64,000 bases of DNA from the human T2T-CHM13v2.0 reference genome, Homo sapiens. Shown piece after piece: positions 46,085 through 62,154 of this stretch. The stretch lies in NCBI RefSeq assembly GCF_009914755.1, contig NC_060934.1; one strand, given 5' to 3'. Below the pieces are notes generated by a model, which saw nothing but the letters and a program-made list of their open reading frames with translations, made no database searches and had not been told where the DNA came from. The position numbers were made by a program, and so were the translations under genes. Positions within the stretch are counted from its first letter, which is position 1. Each line of letters begins with the position of its first letter.

Positions 46085-46230
46085 CATCACAGTTACATGA
46101 GTGGGATAGTGTTAGCACCACTTTACAAGTTAGGAAAGTGAGCCTCAGTGAATTAAGGACTTGCTGAAGAATGAGAGGTGGTGGAAGGATTTGAACTTGG
46201 GTCTCTAATTCCAAGTGTAACATCTATTCT
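46085..46230 (-). mobile_element. MIR
   Basis: CCACTTTACAAGTTAGGAAAGTGAG ... GGATTTGAACTTGGGTCT. Confidence 0.75.
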
Positions 46231-46883
46231 GGTTCCCCTCCATGCCTTAAAATAGTTGCTGAATGAATTCATGAAACCTGATTTTATGGCGATTTTTTCT
46301 TTTGCATCACACAGCTGTTCTGAAGCCTTTGGAGTTTACAAATAAGAGTCTTCAAGCAGTCTCGGGCCTTGCCCAGTGCTCACAAAGTGAAGGGCTGCTA
46401 AGCTCACCCTGGTATTTGGGCTCCTCTGAGAGATTTTGCAGCCCTTGTCTCCCTGTGGGCACCTGAGGGTAGGGGGAAAAAACCTGTTTCCAAAAGGAGT
46501 TCAGCAGAAGAATCTGAGCCAAACACTTAACACTGAGCCTGGCCCCTGATAATCAGTGAACACTCTGAGAGGCCCTGTGAGTTCATCATAGCTGGAAAGC
46601 AGAGCCCTGGGGTTGGGATGGGGTGGGGCTGAGGGTAGGGGGGCCTGCATTGTCCTGGCTGCTCCATGGAGGGGGTGCAGTGTGGCCTCCTCTGGGCTGC
46701 TTCTCCAGCTGAGGACAGCTCTGTCACAGGCTTCCTTCTCTGTCTACTCATTTACATGTTCATTCTCAGGCTTTCTATGCTCCCCTCAAAAAAGCTCCAA
46801 GTGAGGACCCTGCCTGTTTTCTTCTGCACCAGTGCTAGATACATGAGTAGTTGCTCACGAAATAATTGTGGAGTGGGTGGGTA

Positions 46884-46906
46884 GATGGATGGATGGATGG
46901 ATGGAT
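46884..46906. repeat. (GGAT)n tetranucleotide at an L2 tail
   Basis: GATGGATGGATGGATGGATGGAT. Confidence 0.9.
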
Positions 46907-47994
46907 AGAATGGAGGGATGAAGAAAAGAGTTTCTAGTGAAAGTCCTGGAATGAGATATTCTGAATTATTATAACATCTAGTTATTCCACTCATGTGGCG
47001 ATGTATTTTCTACCAAGTTGACCAATGTGTCCACACAGGGCAAATCCACAAGGACGGGCTCTGTAAACACTTATTGAAGACTCCATGATAAAGGCCCTCC
47101 CCGTCCCCCTCCCACAGTTAAACTTCCTGCTACAGAACACTGGGCTGCTCTAATTGACCTTGAATGAGATGGTGTTTACAGCTGCGACTTAGCATCCATT
47201 GATCTTGAATTGATTAAGCGAGCATTTTGCAAAGGAGAACTACAAGAACAGGGACAAAGAGCCCCATGCATTGAGGATTTCATGCCACCCATTCACCCCC
47301 TTTGCTTCACACATCTAATGTGTGTGTGCTTTAAAAAAAATAAACAAACAGTGAATGAATTACTGTAAAGACAGAAGAGGAACCGGGTCCAACTTTCACT
47401 CAGCAGGAGGGCAAATTGGCTGCCCAGGGCCCTGAAAGGGCATTCCCAGCCCTCATTAGTTTTAACCAGAGGGGCCCTGTCCAATTCCCCCAAGAGCAGG
47501 CAGCCCATCAGAGCTCGGTGGGTTGGGACTTCGTCAGCGATTGTAAACTCTTTGGATCAGCTTTTTTTTGTGTGTGGCAGTTCCAGCACTTGGCTGGGCC
47601 CCCGGAAAGAGCAGAAAACTTGGGTTCTCCTCTTGGCTCTGCCTGGCTGAGCTTAACTGGCAAGACGTTTTGGGGGCCTCAGATCACTCATCTGTAAAAT
47701 GAGGGGGTTGGACAAGAAGAGTGACTTCCAAACCTTTAATTTTTTTTGTCCTGAAATCTATTCTTTCTGCAAAGCCTAACTGGGCCACGTCTCCCCCTAC
47801 AGTAAGTTAAAACAAACTTGGAAAAAAGATGAGGTGGGGAGAGGCAGTGTGGTCCCTTACTCCTCCCACCCCTGATCTCCAGTCTGAGAGGGGGCTTCAT
47901 GGGACCCCTCAGCTCCTGCAGAATGCAGTTTGCAAACCACTTCAGGATCTTATCCAGTTCTGATTGGAGCTGCTCCCCATCAGGAAACTATGCT

Positions 47995-48480
47995 TGCAGC
48001 AGTTAGGAATTGTACATTGCTGCTGCTAATAGGAACCTGACAAGTGGGGGCTTACAGAGATTACGGGGTTATTTATTCATTTATTTGGTTACAAGAAGTC
48101 CAAAGTCAGGCGGCCCAGGGCTGGTACGGCAGCTCCACAGCGCCATCTGGGAGGAGAGACTCAGGCTCCTTTTCTCTTTCTGTCTCATCATCCTGGGCAC
48201 AGGACTATCATTCTCCAATTGGGCTCATGGTCCAAATATGGCTGCTGAAGCTCCAGACATCACATTCACATTCTAAACAGGAAAAAGGAGGAAGGGGAGA
48301 AAGACAGACAGGAACACGACAGTTCAGTCTGCTCCCTTTAAAAAGCTTTCTGGGTGCACTACTCACCATTCCAGCTGTCATCTCCCTGGCAAGAGCTGTG
48401 TCACATGACTTTTTTTGGCTGCAAGGGAAGGCAGGAAAAGCTATTATTTTAAAACTCGGGTTATATTGGCATCCAACATA
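47995..48480 (-). mobile_element. Old MaLR LTR (MLT1J/K-like)
   Basis: CAAATATGGCTGCTGAAGCTCCAGACATCACAT and GGCTGCAAGGGAAGGCAGGAAA. Confidence 0.7.
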
Positions 48481-48564
48481 AAACAAGGGTTCTGCCAATA
48501 ATAATGATGAAAAGGATGGAGACTGGGTAGACCCAGGAAAAAACGCAACAACAAGCTAGAATCT

Positions 48565-48775
48565 GTCAAGCACTTACCATGTCCCGGGCAACATGCTATG
48601 GTGTGAATGAACTGATTTAATTCTCGTAACTGCCTAGTGAGGTAAACTCTCGTTCCCATTTTACAGCTGAGGATGTTGAGACACAGAAAAGTCACGTAAC
48701 TTGGCCAAGATTCCACAACAGATAAGTGACCAAGACAGGATTTTAACTCAGACATTTAGATGCTACAGCCCAGAC
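48565..48775 (-). mobile_element. MIR
   Basis: CCCATTTTACAGCTGAGGATGTTGAGACACAGA ... TAACTTGGCCAAG. Confidence 0.85.
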
Positions 48776-48824
48776 CCTTCACCCCAGATTATTCCTCCCC
48801 TGTGAAGACCATAAAGTAAATTAA

Positions 48825-49178
<354 letters not shown>

Positions 49179-49776
49179 ATCAGCATCTTTAAAAGAAAGG
49201 GTATACAAAGCACGGAGTGCCAGAGCCTGCACCCCAGTTTCCTTATTGTCTTTCTCCTGGCACTAAGGCAGCAGTGACAGGCCAAATTGTCCATGATGCA
49301 TTTATCAGGAGGTAAGTGTTTCAAATACTGTTTGGAGGGATTTCAGGGGAAACATTTTCAGGGACTTGACTTGCAGGAATGATTTATGAAGAAATATGAA
49401 AAGAGCTAAATATATATGGGCTGGCAAGTATGAAAAGAGCAAGAAAGGAAGGGAGGAAGGCAGCATAAATTAAAACACACAGACAGCCTGATTTTTCCAG
49501 AAATCCAGGAGAGGAGGGCCGCAATGGGAGGCAAAGGGAGGCATGACTCAGATCCAGTTGAAAAAGGAAACACAGCAAGCCCTTGGCTCCATCCATCGAA
49601 TGTGTCTCAGTGCTCACTCCATCATCAGCTCAGGGATGGGAGGTGGGGATGGCCTCTGCCTTCATGGCACTTAGGAGCCAGGAGGGCAAGCTCAGTGGAA
49701 AGACACACTGTGTAGGTAGAGCTTGGTCAAACACTTGGCCTCCTAAGGGGAAGGAAGCAATGTCTACACCAGGCTT

Positions 49777-50187
<411 letters not shown>

Positions 50188-50719
50188 TGAGAAAATGAAG
50201 GCAGAGTCAGCTCAAGTGACTTCAGGTTCAAGTGACATCACACAGCCCCAGTCAGTGACAGATCCAGGAATGGGGACAGCAGTGTTTCCACTGGTTGTAT
50301 TTTCAAAAGCAGCATCTTCATTCGGCACAGAAGCTGACACAATAGGCGCATAATAAATGCCATCTCTCTTTATTTCATGTAGCTTATAACTAAATCCATG
50401 GATATAACCCCCTGTGGATCGTGATTTTTCTAAAGGGAAATTCACCTTCAGTTTCAGCTCGTTCATCAAGAGAAACACTTACCAGTATTACCAGAAACTG
50501 AAAACATAGTCCTCTAAGAACAAGGATTTGGAAACTTAGTCCTCTAAGAACAAGGAGTGATGCAAACTAAATTCTCATGAACCAACATGGAATGAGACAG
50601 CTACTAACCTGGGATTTTATTTTCTAATCAGACTCTTGTTTGGCAGGAGGTGGCCTTTCTGGGGTGTTGGTTACAGTCTATATCATGATTCATTTATGAG
50701 ATTTCTTTGAGCTCTATTA

Positions 50720-51112
<393 letters not shown>

Positions 51113-51157
51113 TCAGCAATTTACTGTCCTAAGCCGGCATATTGGTTAAGACTACGA

Positions 51158-51607
51158 TGTGGCAGAGACCACTAGGGGTCTCCCAATTTCACTCTCCTTT
51201 TCACATAGCCCGTTGGAATAAAAATAACATCTTCTAGCTTCTCCCACAACTGGGTGTGGCCTTGTGACAAGTTCTGGCCAATAGGATGTAAGGGAAGCAT
51301 AGTGTACAACTTTCAATAAGTCCCCTTAAGGCAGGTGACATGCCCTTCTTTCCTTCATTTCTCCTTTTTTGCTGGCTTGAAGTAGATGAGATGGCTGGAG
51401 TGTGGCAGCTCTCTTGGTCCAGGAGGTGTAAATGGTGCTGCAGGTGGCAGCTCAGGGACGGCTGGTCCTGGGACTGTGGAGCTCCCACAGAAGCCCTGAA
51501 CTGCTTCCCTCCAGCTCTCTCTTACAAGGGTCAGTAAACTTCTAGCTCACTTGAGTAACTATTTTGGGTTTTCTGTTATTTGTAGTCAAACTTAATCCAT
51601 ATGATAG
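51158..51607 (+). mobile_element. MaLR LTR MLT1J/I-like
   Basis: TGTGGCAGAGAC ... GGTGTGGCCTTGTGACAAGTTCTGGCCAATAGGATGTAAG ... TTTTGGGTTTTCTGTTATTTG. Confidence 0.75.
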
Positions 51608-51957
51608 GCACAAGAGTCAGCTGATTTTGAGAAGGGGGAAGAGAGAATGGATCAGCTTCAACTCCATTGGTAAATGCTTTGTTTCTTAAGCTGAATGGTG
51701 GGCATGCAGGTATGAATTATGTTATATTTTACACCTCTTTGGCATATCTAAGAATCACTTATTAGATCTTTTAAAAAGGCAATGGTAGAAGCAGTGTTAG
51801 AGCAAGACCATGAGTAGCACAGAAAAGAATCAAATAGAGGCAACTTTGGCTTCACCCAGGCTCTGCTCCCAGACTGGCTTTGGAGTTAGGGTCTGAATAT
51901 AGCCTCTGAATAAGCCTCATGGACAGAAGAAACAAGACTTGAAAGGGCAAGGGTGGG

Positions 51958-52314
51958 TGTATTCATCCGTTTTCATGCTGTTGATAAAGACATACCCACG
52001 ACTGGCCCAATTTACAAAAGAAAGAGGTTTAATTGGACTTACAGTTCCACGTGGCTGGGGAAGCCTTACAATCATGGCAGAAGGCAACAAGGAGCAAGTC
52101 ATGTCTTACATGGATGGCAGCAGGCAGAGAGAGAGCTTGTGCAGGGAAACTCCCCCTTATAATAACCATCAGATCTCATGAGACTTATTCACTATCACGA
52201 GAACAGCACAGGAAAGACCTGCCCCCATGATTCAATTACCTCCCACCAGGTCCTTTCCACAACACGTGGGAATTCAGGATGAGATTTGGGTGGGGACACA
52301 GCAAAACCATATCA
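51958..52314 (-). mobile_element. Complete solo LTR, THE1A-like
   Basis: TGTATTCATCCGTTTTCATGCTGTTGATAAAGACATACCC ... GATTTGGGTGGGGACACAGCAAAACCATATCA; perfect TSD GTGGG. Confidence 0.93.
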
Positions 52315-53218
52315 GTGGGTTCAGCCTGTGGGTACCAAAGCCAGGGTTTGGAAGCAAGAAGGGACAGGGAAAGAACCCAAGGTCTGGGCACCACTCTTTC
52401 CTCCACCTGCCTCAACCCAGGATGTTTTTGCTGTAGGCAAGTCCTGGAAGTCTCTTTTGACCACACCCTCCCACCCCCTCCTGTTCTCCACCAATCCCCA
52501 CCTTCATTTTAAGGGATTTCATTGCAACCAGGTCAGCCAGATGTGATTAAAGTAAAACGTGGACATACTTGCCTCCTGGGCTCTAATCCTACCTCTCAGA
52601 GCCAGCCACAGTGAGCAGTAGAGCAAGCATGAGACCAAAGTAAAGGCTGGAACCCTAGAGGGACCAGGCAGACATCTCCAGCCACCGGTATCCTCTGCTG
52701 GGATCTGCCTCAGATGCCAGAGGCTGCACTGGCTGGGGAAAGGGCTTCAGCTGTAGTACTAGGGGAAGTACTAGGAACTCCTTGAACCTGTGACTCTGCT
52801 CACCTCTGGGATCAGGACATTTCGGGGAGGCAGGCATACCTCTTGCCTCACTGATCAAGATTCCTTCCTGGGGCCAGGGCTAGGACTGGGGCCCAGGTTG
52901 CTATGGAACACACAGTCCTTGTTTCCTGAACAGAATGGGAGTTCTATTCAGCAAGAAAGAGTGTAGAGGCATGGACTGGGGAAGGGGATGGCTGTGGGGT
53001 AGGCAGCCAACAACATCTGCCACTCCTCACCTCTCCCTGCTCAGGGAGGCAGGGGTTCTGATGGAGTCAGTACAGTTAGGAAATTTCTTCCTTCCTGGCT
53101 TATGATGACGGCTTCAATGATGCAATAACTAGCCAAGGTCACACAGGAAAGGAGAAAGTGAGAGAGGGAGGAAATGGCTCCTTAGCCTCAACACTTTTGT
53201 GGCTAATGTGCCACATTT

Positions 53219-53381
53219 CTGTTTTCTCAAAATGTGGTCTCTGACCATCTGGGCACCTTAAAAATGCCAATTCTTGAGCTCCACACTGACTTACAGAGCT
53301 AGCATATCTGAGGTGAGACCTGAGATTGGCATTTAACAAACACAAGTGATTCTTAATACGCCCTCGAGCCTAAGAACAATG
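53219..53381. mobile_element. MER5-type hAT relic
   Basis: TTTTCTCAAAATGTGGTCTCTGACCA ... AAAATGCCAATTCTTGAGC ... TTTAACAAA ... GTGATTCTTA. Confidence 0.75.
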
Positions 53382-54285
53382 GAATTAGATGCAACAAAAA
53401 TGAAGAAATGTGCTCCAAGTTTTCCATTTCTCCGGGAGGGTGAATTTAGTTTCCTTATCATTTTCTTTTGGATCCTAGCGATTTGGGAAGATGGAAAATG
53501 CCAGCTTCAAAGCTGGCTCATGGGGCTAAAAAGAAGCGACTCTGAAAATGAGTGTTCTGTTGCCTGTGGAGCTGCCTGGAGGTGTCCTCAGCAAGGCCCT
53601 GAATCACCATCTGGGAAAGCTGCATGTGCTGGGCCAAGAGAGGTGGCCTGGGATGCCCAGCTTGAGGAAGGTGCAGGGCTGGTGTTTGGGGTCACTGTGT
53701 GGCTCTGTGCATGAGTGTGACTGTGTGTGCAGATGTTTGTGCCGGGGGGAGGGTGCGGGGGTGGTCCTTTAAGGTTCTCTTGCAAAACTGTAAGAAATAT
53801 TAATTGGTCTCTACTCCTTGATAGGTGGATTTTTACCCTGGAACAAGTGACATGCAAATAGGCAGCTGAACACAGTGACTTTCCAGGCCAGGCCTGCTCC
53901 AGCTGCTGTGCTCCAGCCTCGGGGCCTCAGCCTCCCCTCTGGTTCGTGCTGCATGAGTGATGAGTGATGAGTGATCATGTCCTGTCCCTGAGTCCTGGCC
54001 TCCCCACGGGCCAGAGTACCCACAAGTCCTCTGGAATCTGCTCCGCTGAGTGCTCTGGCTAGTTGCTCATCTGCCTGCCCCTCTGCTCTGCCACACAGAA
54101 TACCCTGTGGTTTCCCAAATGTGCATTGTGCCTCTGTGCAATTGTTGGCAGCGCTTCCTCACCCTGAACTCATCCTCCAGTTCTTAAAATGAGGGCTTCT
54201 ATCCAGGAAGCCAGTCCTGGCCTTCTACCCCATGCAGGGATACCCACTCCTACCTTTGGGTCCCAACCGCACCCATGAAGACTTC

Positions 54286-55092
<807 letters not shown>

Positions 55093-56934
55093 TTACTATG
55101 GGGCTCCAGGATGTGTCTCCTTTGGCCCTGAAGAGTTCCTTGAGGAAAAGGCTTATCTCTATATGCCTTGAGCCTTCTGACCAGAAGGGGCCCCTTCAGA
55201 GTTTGTAGACTGACTGAATGACGTGTTTCCTAGACATCTGTTTAGTGCCAGATCTGAAACGTCTGTGTTGTGGGAGAGTCTCTCCACCTTTCTGGGGGCC
55301 ATACTCCAGAGGAAGAAAATCCTCCCAATCCCTGCCATCCTCTGATTCCAACAGGTAAAAACAAGCCAACCTCTGCTAGGCACAGAGCCCTCTAAGAAGT
55401 GGGAGCAGCTCCCGGAGCAGGGGCTTAGCCCTGCTGGGAGGGCTGAGAGCAGCCTCCTCCTGTGGAATCTGGAAACAATTCAGGAGGGGAGAAGGCAGGA
55501 AGGACCAGAGGAAAGGGGACGCCATGAGACACCAAGGGGACAAAGACTTCACCATGCAGCATCTTCTCATTTAATCTTCATGAAAAACCCTCAGAGCAGA
55601 AGTCACTTTTCTCCCCATGTCACAGCGAACACCAGCTCAGTGGGAGAACTTGCTCATGGTTCCACAGCAGGAAAAGGATGCCTGGCGTGGGCTAGTCTCT
55701 TTGTTTCTGAATAAATAGAAGGTTGGGCTGGGGAATGCTGTGACCGCTTCTGCATGCCGGCTTGAAAGGGAAGCTGCTCACCTGTGTGGGGAGACAGGTC
55801 CATGTGAGCAGGAGGGCACTCCAGCCATGGGGTCACCTCTAGAATGGACCGGCCAAGGCTCCCAGGCCCCACGCCAAGCTTGCCCTACCGGGTACAGGCC
55901 AGCCTGGGGCCAGCAGACAAGTCACCCAGGCCATAGAGGCCAGCTAGGCAGGGAGAAGAATGGCCCAGCTGATTTACGAGCTCATTGTATGTAGATGAGC
56001 TGGAAGGAGCCACCTGCCTCCCCCTGGTCCCTGAGCCCTGCTGGCAGCTCTGGGTGGAGAAGGTGCTGCAATGTCACCCTCGGTTCCCTCACTCTGATGG
56101 CTATTGTCTCAGGTCCGTTGAGCAGAAGAAAGGAGACCAAAGTAATTACAGGCAAAAGAGCACTAAATGAGGTCACTTTTCAAAGTCTAAGACTTGTGGG
56201 TTTCAATAACTTCCTCCATGCCCCAGCTTACTTCTGGAAGCCGTGTGGCAAATGCCAAACACACACAACCTGGGCACTGTGTTAATACATGCCCCCAGGC
56301 CCAGCTTTAGATTTCCTGAATCAGCTCCCCAGGCCTGGCCCCCCACCCCTCTGGCTGACTGAGGACACAGAGCCAATTCCATGTCCCTTGGTTTTGAAGG
56401 GCTGGAGCTGCAACTGCCATGGCCTCTTGGAGAGGAGAAGCCTCACTCACAGGACCGCCCTCTGGCCTCCTCTTCCCAGAAGTTCTGTGTTTTTCCATCA
56501 GCAGCTGCATTCTGGTTCCTCCCTCACCGATGGCGGTCCTGGTCACGGCCCTTTCTTCCCTGGGGCAGGGCAGCCTGATATGACATCGTCGAGGCAGGTT
56601 TGTTGGAATCATAAGATTCCCCCTGATCCAGGAGTTTGGAAAGAAGAGAGGGAGGAGGTGAGAGGGAGGGAGAACAGGAGGATGGGCTGGGACAATGTGT
56701 CTGCAGAGGAAACTCCTGGTCGTCTGCAGGGCTTCCTGGGGGAAGGGAGACTCCCGTCCAGCCTGCCCATCCCTCCTGTGTTTCCTGAGCCAATGGGGTT
56801 TAGGGCTTATTCTGCCCCTAGCTGCCCCATCACCACCTTGCCTGACTCTGCCCATCACACCCCCGAGCCCTGCCTCGTCCCCTGCCAGCAGCATGTGGGC
56901 CCCCGACCCGTGTCTACCCCCATGGAGCTCCATT

Positions 56935-57125
56935 TTCCTAACACCTGGCACAAGCACGACCTAGTGAAATGCTCACAGCATCTCTTCGAGATCGGTGGCG
57001 TTTTCTCATTCATTTTTCAGATGGGTAAGCTGAGGCTTAGAAAGTTATGATGTGTAAGGTCATGTTGGCTACTAACAGCTTAGACTGGATTGGAGCCCTG
57101 TTTGTCTGCCTTACGTTCTTAACCT
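56935..57125 (-). mobile_element. MIR
   Basis: CATTTTTCAGATGGGTAAGCTGAGGCTTAGA. Confidence 0.75.
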
Positions 57126-57534
57126 TGACACCTCCCATAAACTCTTTTGACCTCTTTTGACTAAAAAAGAGAATGTTTCAATGACTAGGATTTGTTTGAT
57201 TTAACCCCGGACGGCTGTAGCAACACAGAACGTTTGGCTGAGTGCCTGACACAGAATAAGCATGAAATGATTGTCAGCTATTAGAGTAATGAAAACAACT
57301 AATGATATAATAGGAACAACTTCCAGTAGGGTCCTGATGTTTGACAGAGGAAAGTTTGGCCTCCACACAGTGGAGCTCTGTGTACAGGGAAGCAGAGGTC
57401 CCCAGGTAGGGCTCTCTGCCTTCCTTCTAGTCACCTTCTGGGGCCATCTTTCCACGTCTGTCAGTGATAACTAGTGAGGTAGTAGTCATACCTCATCCCC
57501 ACATCGTTAGAGAAGTTTCAAACTGTTTTCATGG

Positions 57535-57690
57535 CCTCTGTCTGATTTGATCCTCACTATAAGCCTGTGAGGTGGGGAGAGTAATAACATTTTGTTCCCA
57601 GTTCACAGATGGGGAAATTGGAGCCCAGATGGGTGAAGTGACTCTCCCAATGTCACACAGCCTATTTGAAGCTGAGCTGGGACAAGTACT
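57535..57690 (-). mobile_element. MIR
   Basis: ATTTGATCCTCAC ... CACAGATGGGGAAATTGGAGCCCAG ... GTGACTCTCCCAATGTCACACAG. Confidence 0.8.
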
Positions 57691-58049
57691 GCAAAGCCTT
57701 CCCCCTCTTTGTCCAAATGGGAGATGTTGATGTAGAGTGGCACAGGTTTGTAGAGCAGGGAAGACCCTCTGGGCATCACCTTATCCAAGTCCTTCTCTGT
57801 ACGGATGAGTGAACTGGAGAGCAGAGAGCATCATGAAGTGTCCAAGTTCAAAGAGCTGGCTGGGGGGGAAATGCCCAAGAGGGTTTTCCTCCTACTGCTG
57901 GTGGTGTGATATGCACAAGGACACGCAACAGCAAAGATGATGCTTGTACACACATCTCCTTTAACTACTAATATAACAAAGCACAGAGCTCTTTAGTTCT
58001 GCTGCTAAAGGTTGCAAAAGGAAACATTATATAAAACATGAGGCCAGGC

Positions 58050-58573
<524 letters not shown>

Positions 58574-58576
58574 TAG

Positions 58577-59600
<1,024 letters not shown>

Positions 59601-59624
59601 TGTTACTATTGATATATATTTTTG

Positions 59625-59760
59625 CCTCCTCCAAGCATCCTGCAGAGTGCTGAGCCCAGAGAAGGCAGGAACTGTCTCTCTCTCACTCACCTCTGCATCT
59701 CTGGTGCCCAGGCATGGCCTGGCACAAAGCCGGCACTTGGTAAAGTTCATTGGGTTGAAC
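59625..59760 (+). mobile_element. L2 3' end
   Basis: GAAGGCAGGAACTGTCTC ... CCCAGGCATGGCCTGGCACA. Confidence 0.7.
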
Positions 59761-61717
59761 TCAAGACTTGCTATTCTTCACTGTTATGTGTCACTTTGGA
59801 CTTTTCCAAATCCTCTGAGTACAGTATTCCATGTGAGCCCTGCCCGATGCCTGTGGGGCAGGCAGGACAAATGATGTTGTCCTTCCCATTTTATAGCTAA
59901 GGAAAATTGAGGCTGGGAGAGATGATGCTTCCTGCCCAAGTCACAGGACTGAGCTGAGATGGGATGAGTCTCTTCAGACTCTGGGTTACGTGGCCACTCT
60001 GTGTAAATAGCATCCTTTGGAGGAGGATCCCCAGAGAGACCGTCCCCTTCATTAAATCCAAGGGCTTCTTGCCCATAGATTCAAAAAGGGCTTCAGAGAA
60101 TGTTTGAGCGAAATTCATCAGGTCACACTGATCTTGGCCCCTCTTCCTACACAGGCTCAGCCCTGCTGTTGAAACTGCGGTAGAGCTGGATGCTCCCAGC
60201 CCAGCAGAAAGGACCTAGGGAGCTATGCAGATTTCAGGCAGGGGCTGCCTAGGACCCTCAAAGGAGCTGGAAGCAAGAGGCCTTGCCTGGCCACAGAAGA
60301 CACCCAGGTCCTACATCCAGGCCTGGCTGACAGCCTCACTGACAGGTTTATTATCAAGTTTTACGACTTTCAAGCTTAGTCACTGCTTAAGTCAGCCTGC
60401 CCAGAAACAAACACATAGCAAAGCCCTGACCCAGATGCTGACGCCAGGAAAGGCGCACCCCGCCCCTGGCAGAGCTGGCTCCCAGGACCAAGTCTGGGGA
60501 GACAGCGAGGCTGGGGCTGGTTGAGATGTATTTTGGTGATCCACATGGTTGTCCTTTATTTTCCTCAAGTCTCCACTACCGAGCTTGTGGGGTGTAGGAG
60601 GCAGAGGCTGTCTGCCTGCAGAGATGGCCTGACACTTACCAAGGCATCTGATCCCCTGCCCCCAGGCCTTCCTTGAGAACTAAGCCTCTGACATACAACT
60701 CACACCCCCTCCTGGCTTTCAGGTCACGAGTGAAAGGTGGAAGCCCAAACCTTGACCCAAAGCCCTTCAATCTCAGATTCCAATTCCCATTGTTCCCCTG
60801 CCCACCTGCTATCCCTGTATGTGGCCTCTATTAAAGCCAAAACTTCCCCAGAATCTCTCTAGCCTTGACACAGCACTGCGGTTCTTCCTCCCTGGGGCTG
60901 CAGCAGGCCTGGATGGAGTGGCAACAGCCCCTCTGCCCAACTGTGTGTGGCAGAGCCCAGGGGCAGGGCAACAAGGAACCCTAACAGTGGGGCAGCCCCT
61001 CCTGGTGGCCGAGGCTGCAAGGATCTGGGGACCCGCTTCCTGCTGGTTGCTTCTTCCTCTGGTTCATTTAGGGCGCCTTCTCAGGCTGGAGAAGAAATGA
61101 GGAGCCGAGTTAACTGGAGACTGGCTCTGGGCTGATTAACTGCAAGAATCTCCTCACTGATCTCCCGCTGGAGTGAGAGCTGCATACCAGCCCCTTGAAT
61201 TGAAGAATAATAATCATTTCTCCTTTTTCTTTTGGGGATGTTTACCTTCTCATATATAAACCATTTCTTTCATTCTCTTTCCCAACATATGCTGACATTT
61301 TATTCTAAAAGTTACTCTTGCTCTCTAACTAATTATAATACAGTAAGATCTACTGTAATGCTATTAAATGGGGACTAAAAATTAACACACATTAAATGTG
61401 AGGTGGCATTCTTGAGAAGTTTTGAGAATGACTGGGTGAACCTTGTAGCTGGGCAGCTCTGGGCTCTAGAGGTCTGCTGTCAATTGTATCACATCCAAAG
61501 TTAGATCATCACAGGTGTCCAGCAATGCAGGGTTTTGCAGGAGCAGCACCAATACTTACATTTTGTACTTTAGCCCCAGAAAGTCCTAGATGTAAATCCC
61601 AATTCTGCCACTTACTAATTTATGACACAAGCCTATGTAGAAACCTCAGTTCTGTGTTTTTTCATCTGTAAAATGGGAGAAATAATACTGGCCTCTTAGA
61701 ATTGTGAAGTTTGAAAG

Positions 61718-62154
61718 TGTATCAGCTAGCTACTGCTGTGTAACAACCAGTCATCACCTTTCAGAGGCAGACAGCAATGAGTATTTATTTCTCATGTTTT
61801 TGAGGTTTGGCTAGGACCAAGTCTGCTTCCAGTGGCAAGTCTGGCTGGCTCAGGCAGATTCGTGGCTGCCCCATGAATCTCACTGTGAGCCAGGCCAAGG
61901 TGGCAGCAGCTGCATGGGGGAATATCTTCTTATAGCAATGGCAAGACACAAGAAGAGAGCAAACTCCACAGCTGAAGCACATTTCAAGCCCCTGCTTGCA
62001 TCTTATTTAGCCACATCCTATTGGCTAAAGCAAGTCACATGGCTGAGCCCAAAACCAGGGGTGGGGAAGCACACTATGACCACAGGTAGGCCACAGCAAG
62101 AGCATGGATGCACGGAGGAGTGAGGAATCAGGACTAATAATTCAGTCAACCACA
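61718..62154 (-). mobile_element. MaLR LTR MLT1H-like, inserted in a MIR (about 61570-62210)
   Basis: TGTATCAGCTAGCTACTGCTGTGTAACAAC ... CCTATTGGCTAAAGCAAGTCACATGGCTGAGCCC ... CAACCACA. Confidence 0.8.

Noticed and set aside
53954-53975. (TGAGTGA)3 as an AP-1 array
   Set aside because: Every unit mismatches TGAGTCA; a trivial short repeat.
56289-57050. Longest ORF (253 aa, +) overlapped by a 216-aa antisense ORF
   Set aside because: No recognisable domain, Pro/Gly-rich composition typical of GC-rich non-coding DNA, and the C-terminus (FIFQMGKLRLRKL) is translated MIR. Ribo-seq or PhyloCSF support would be needed.
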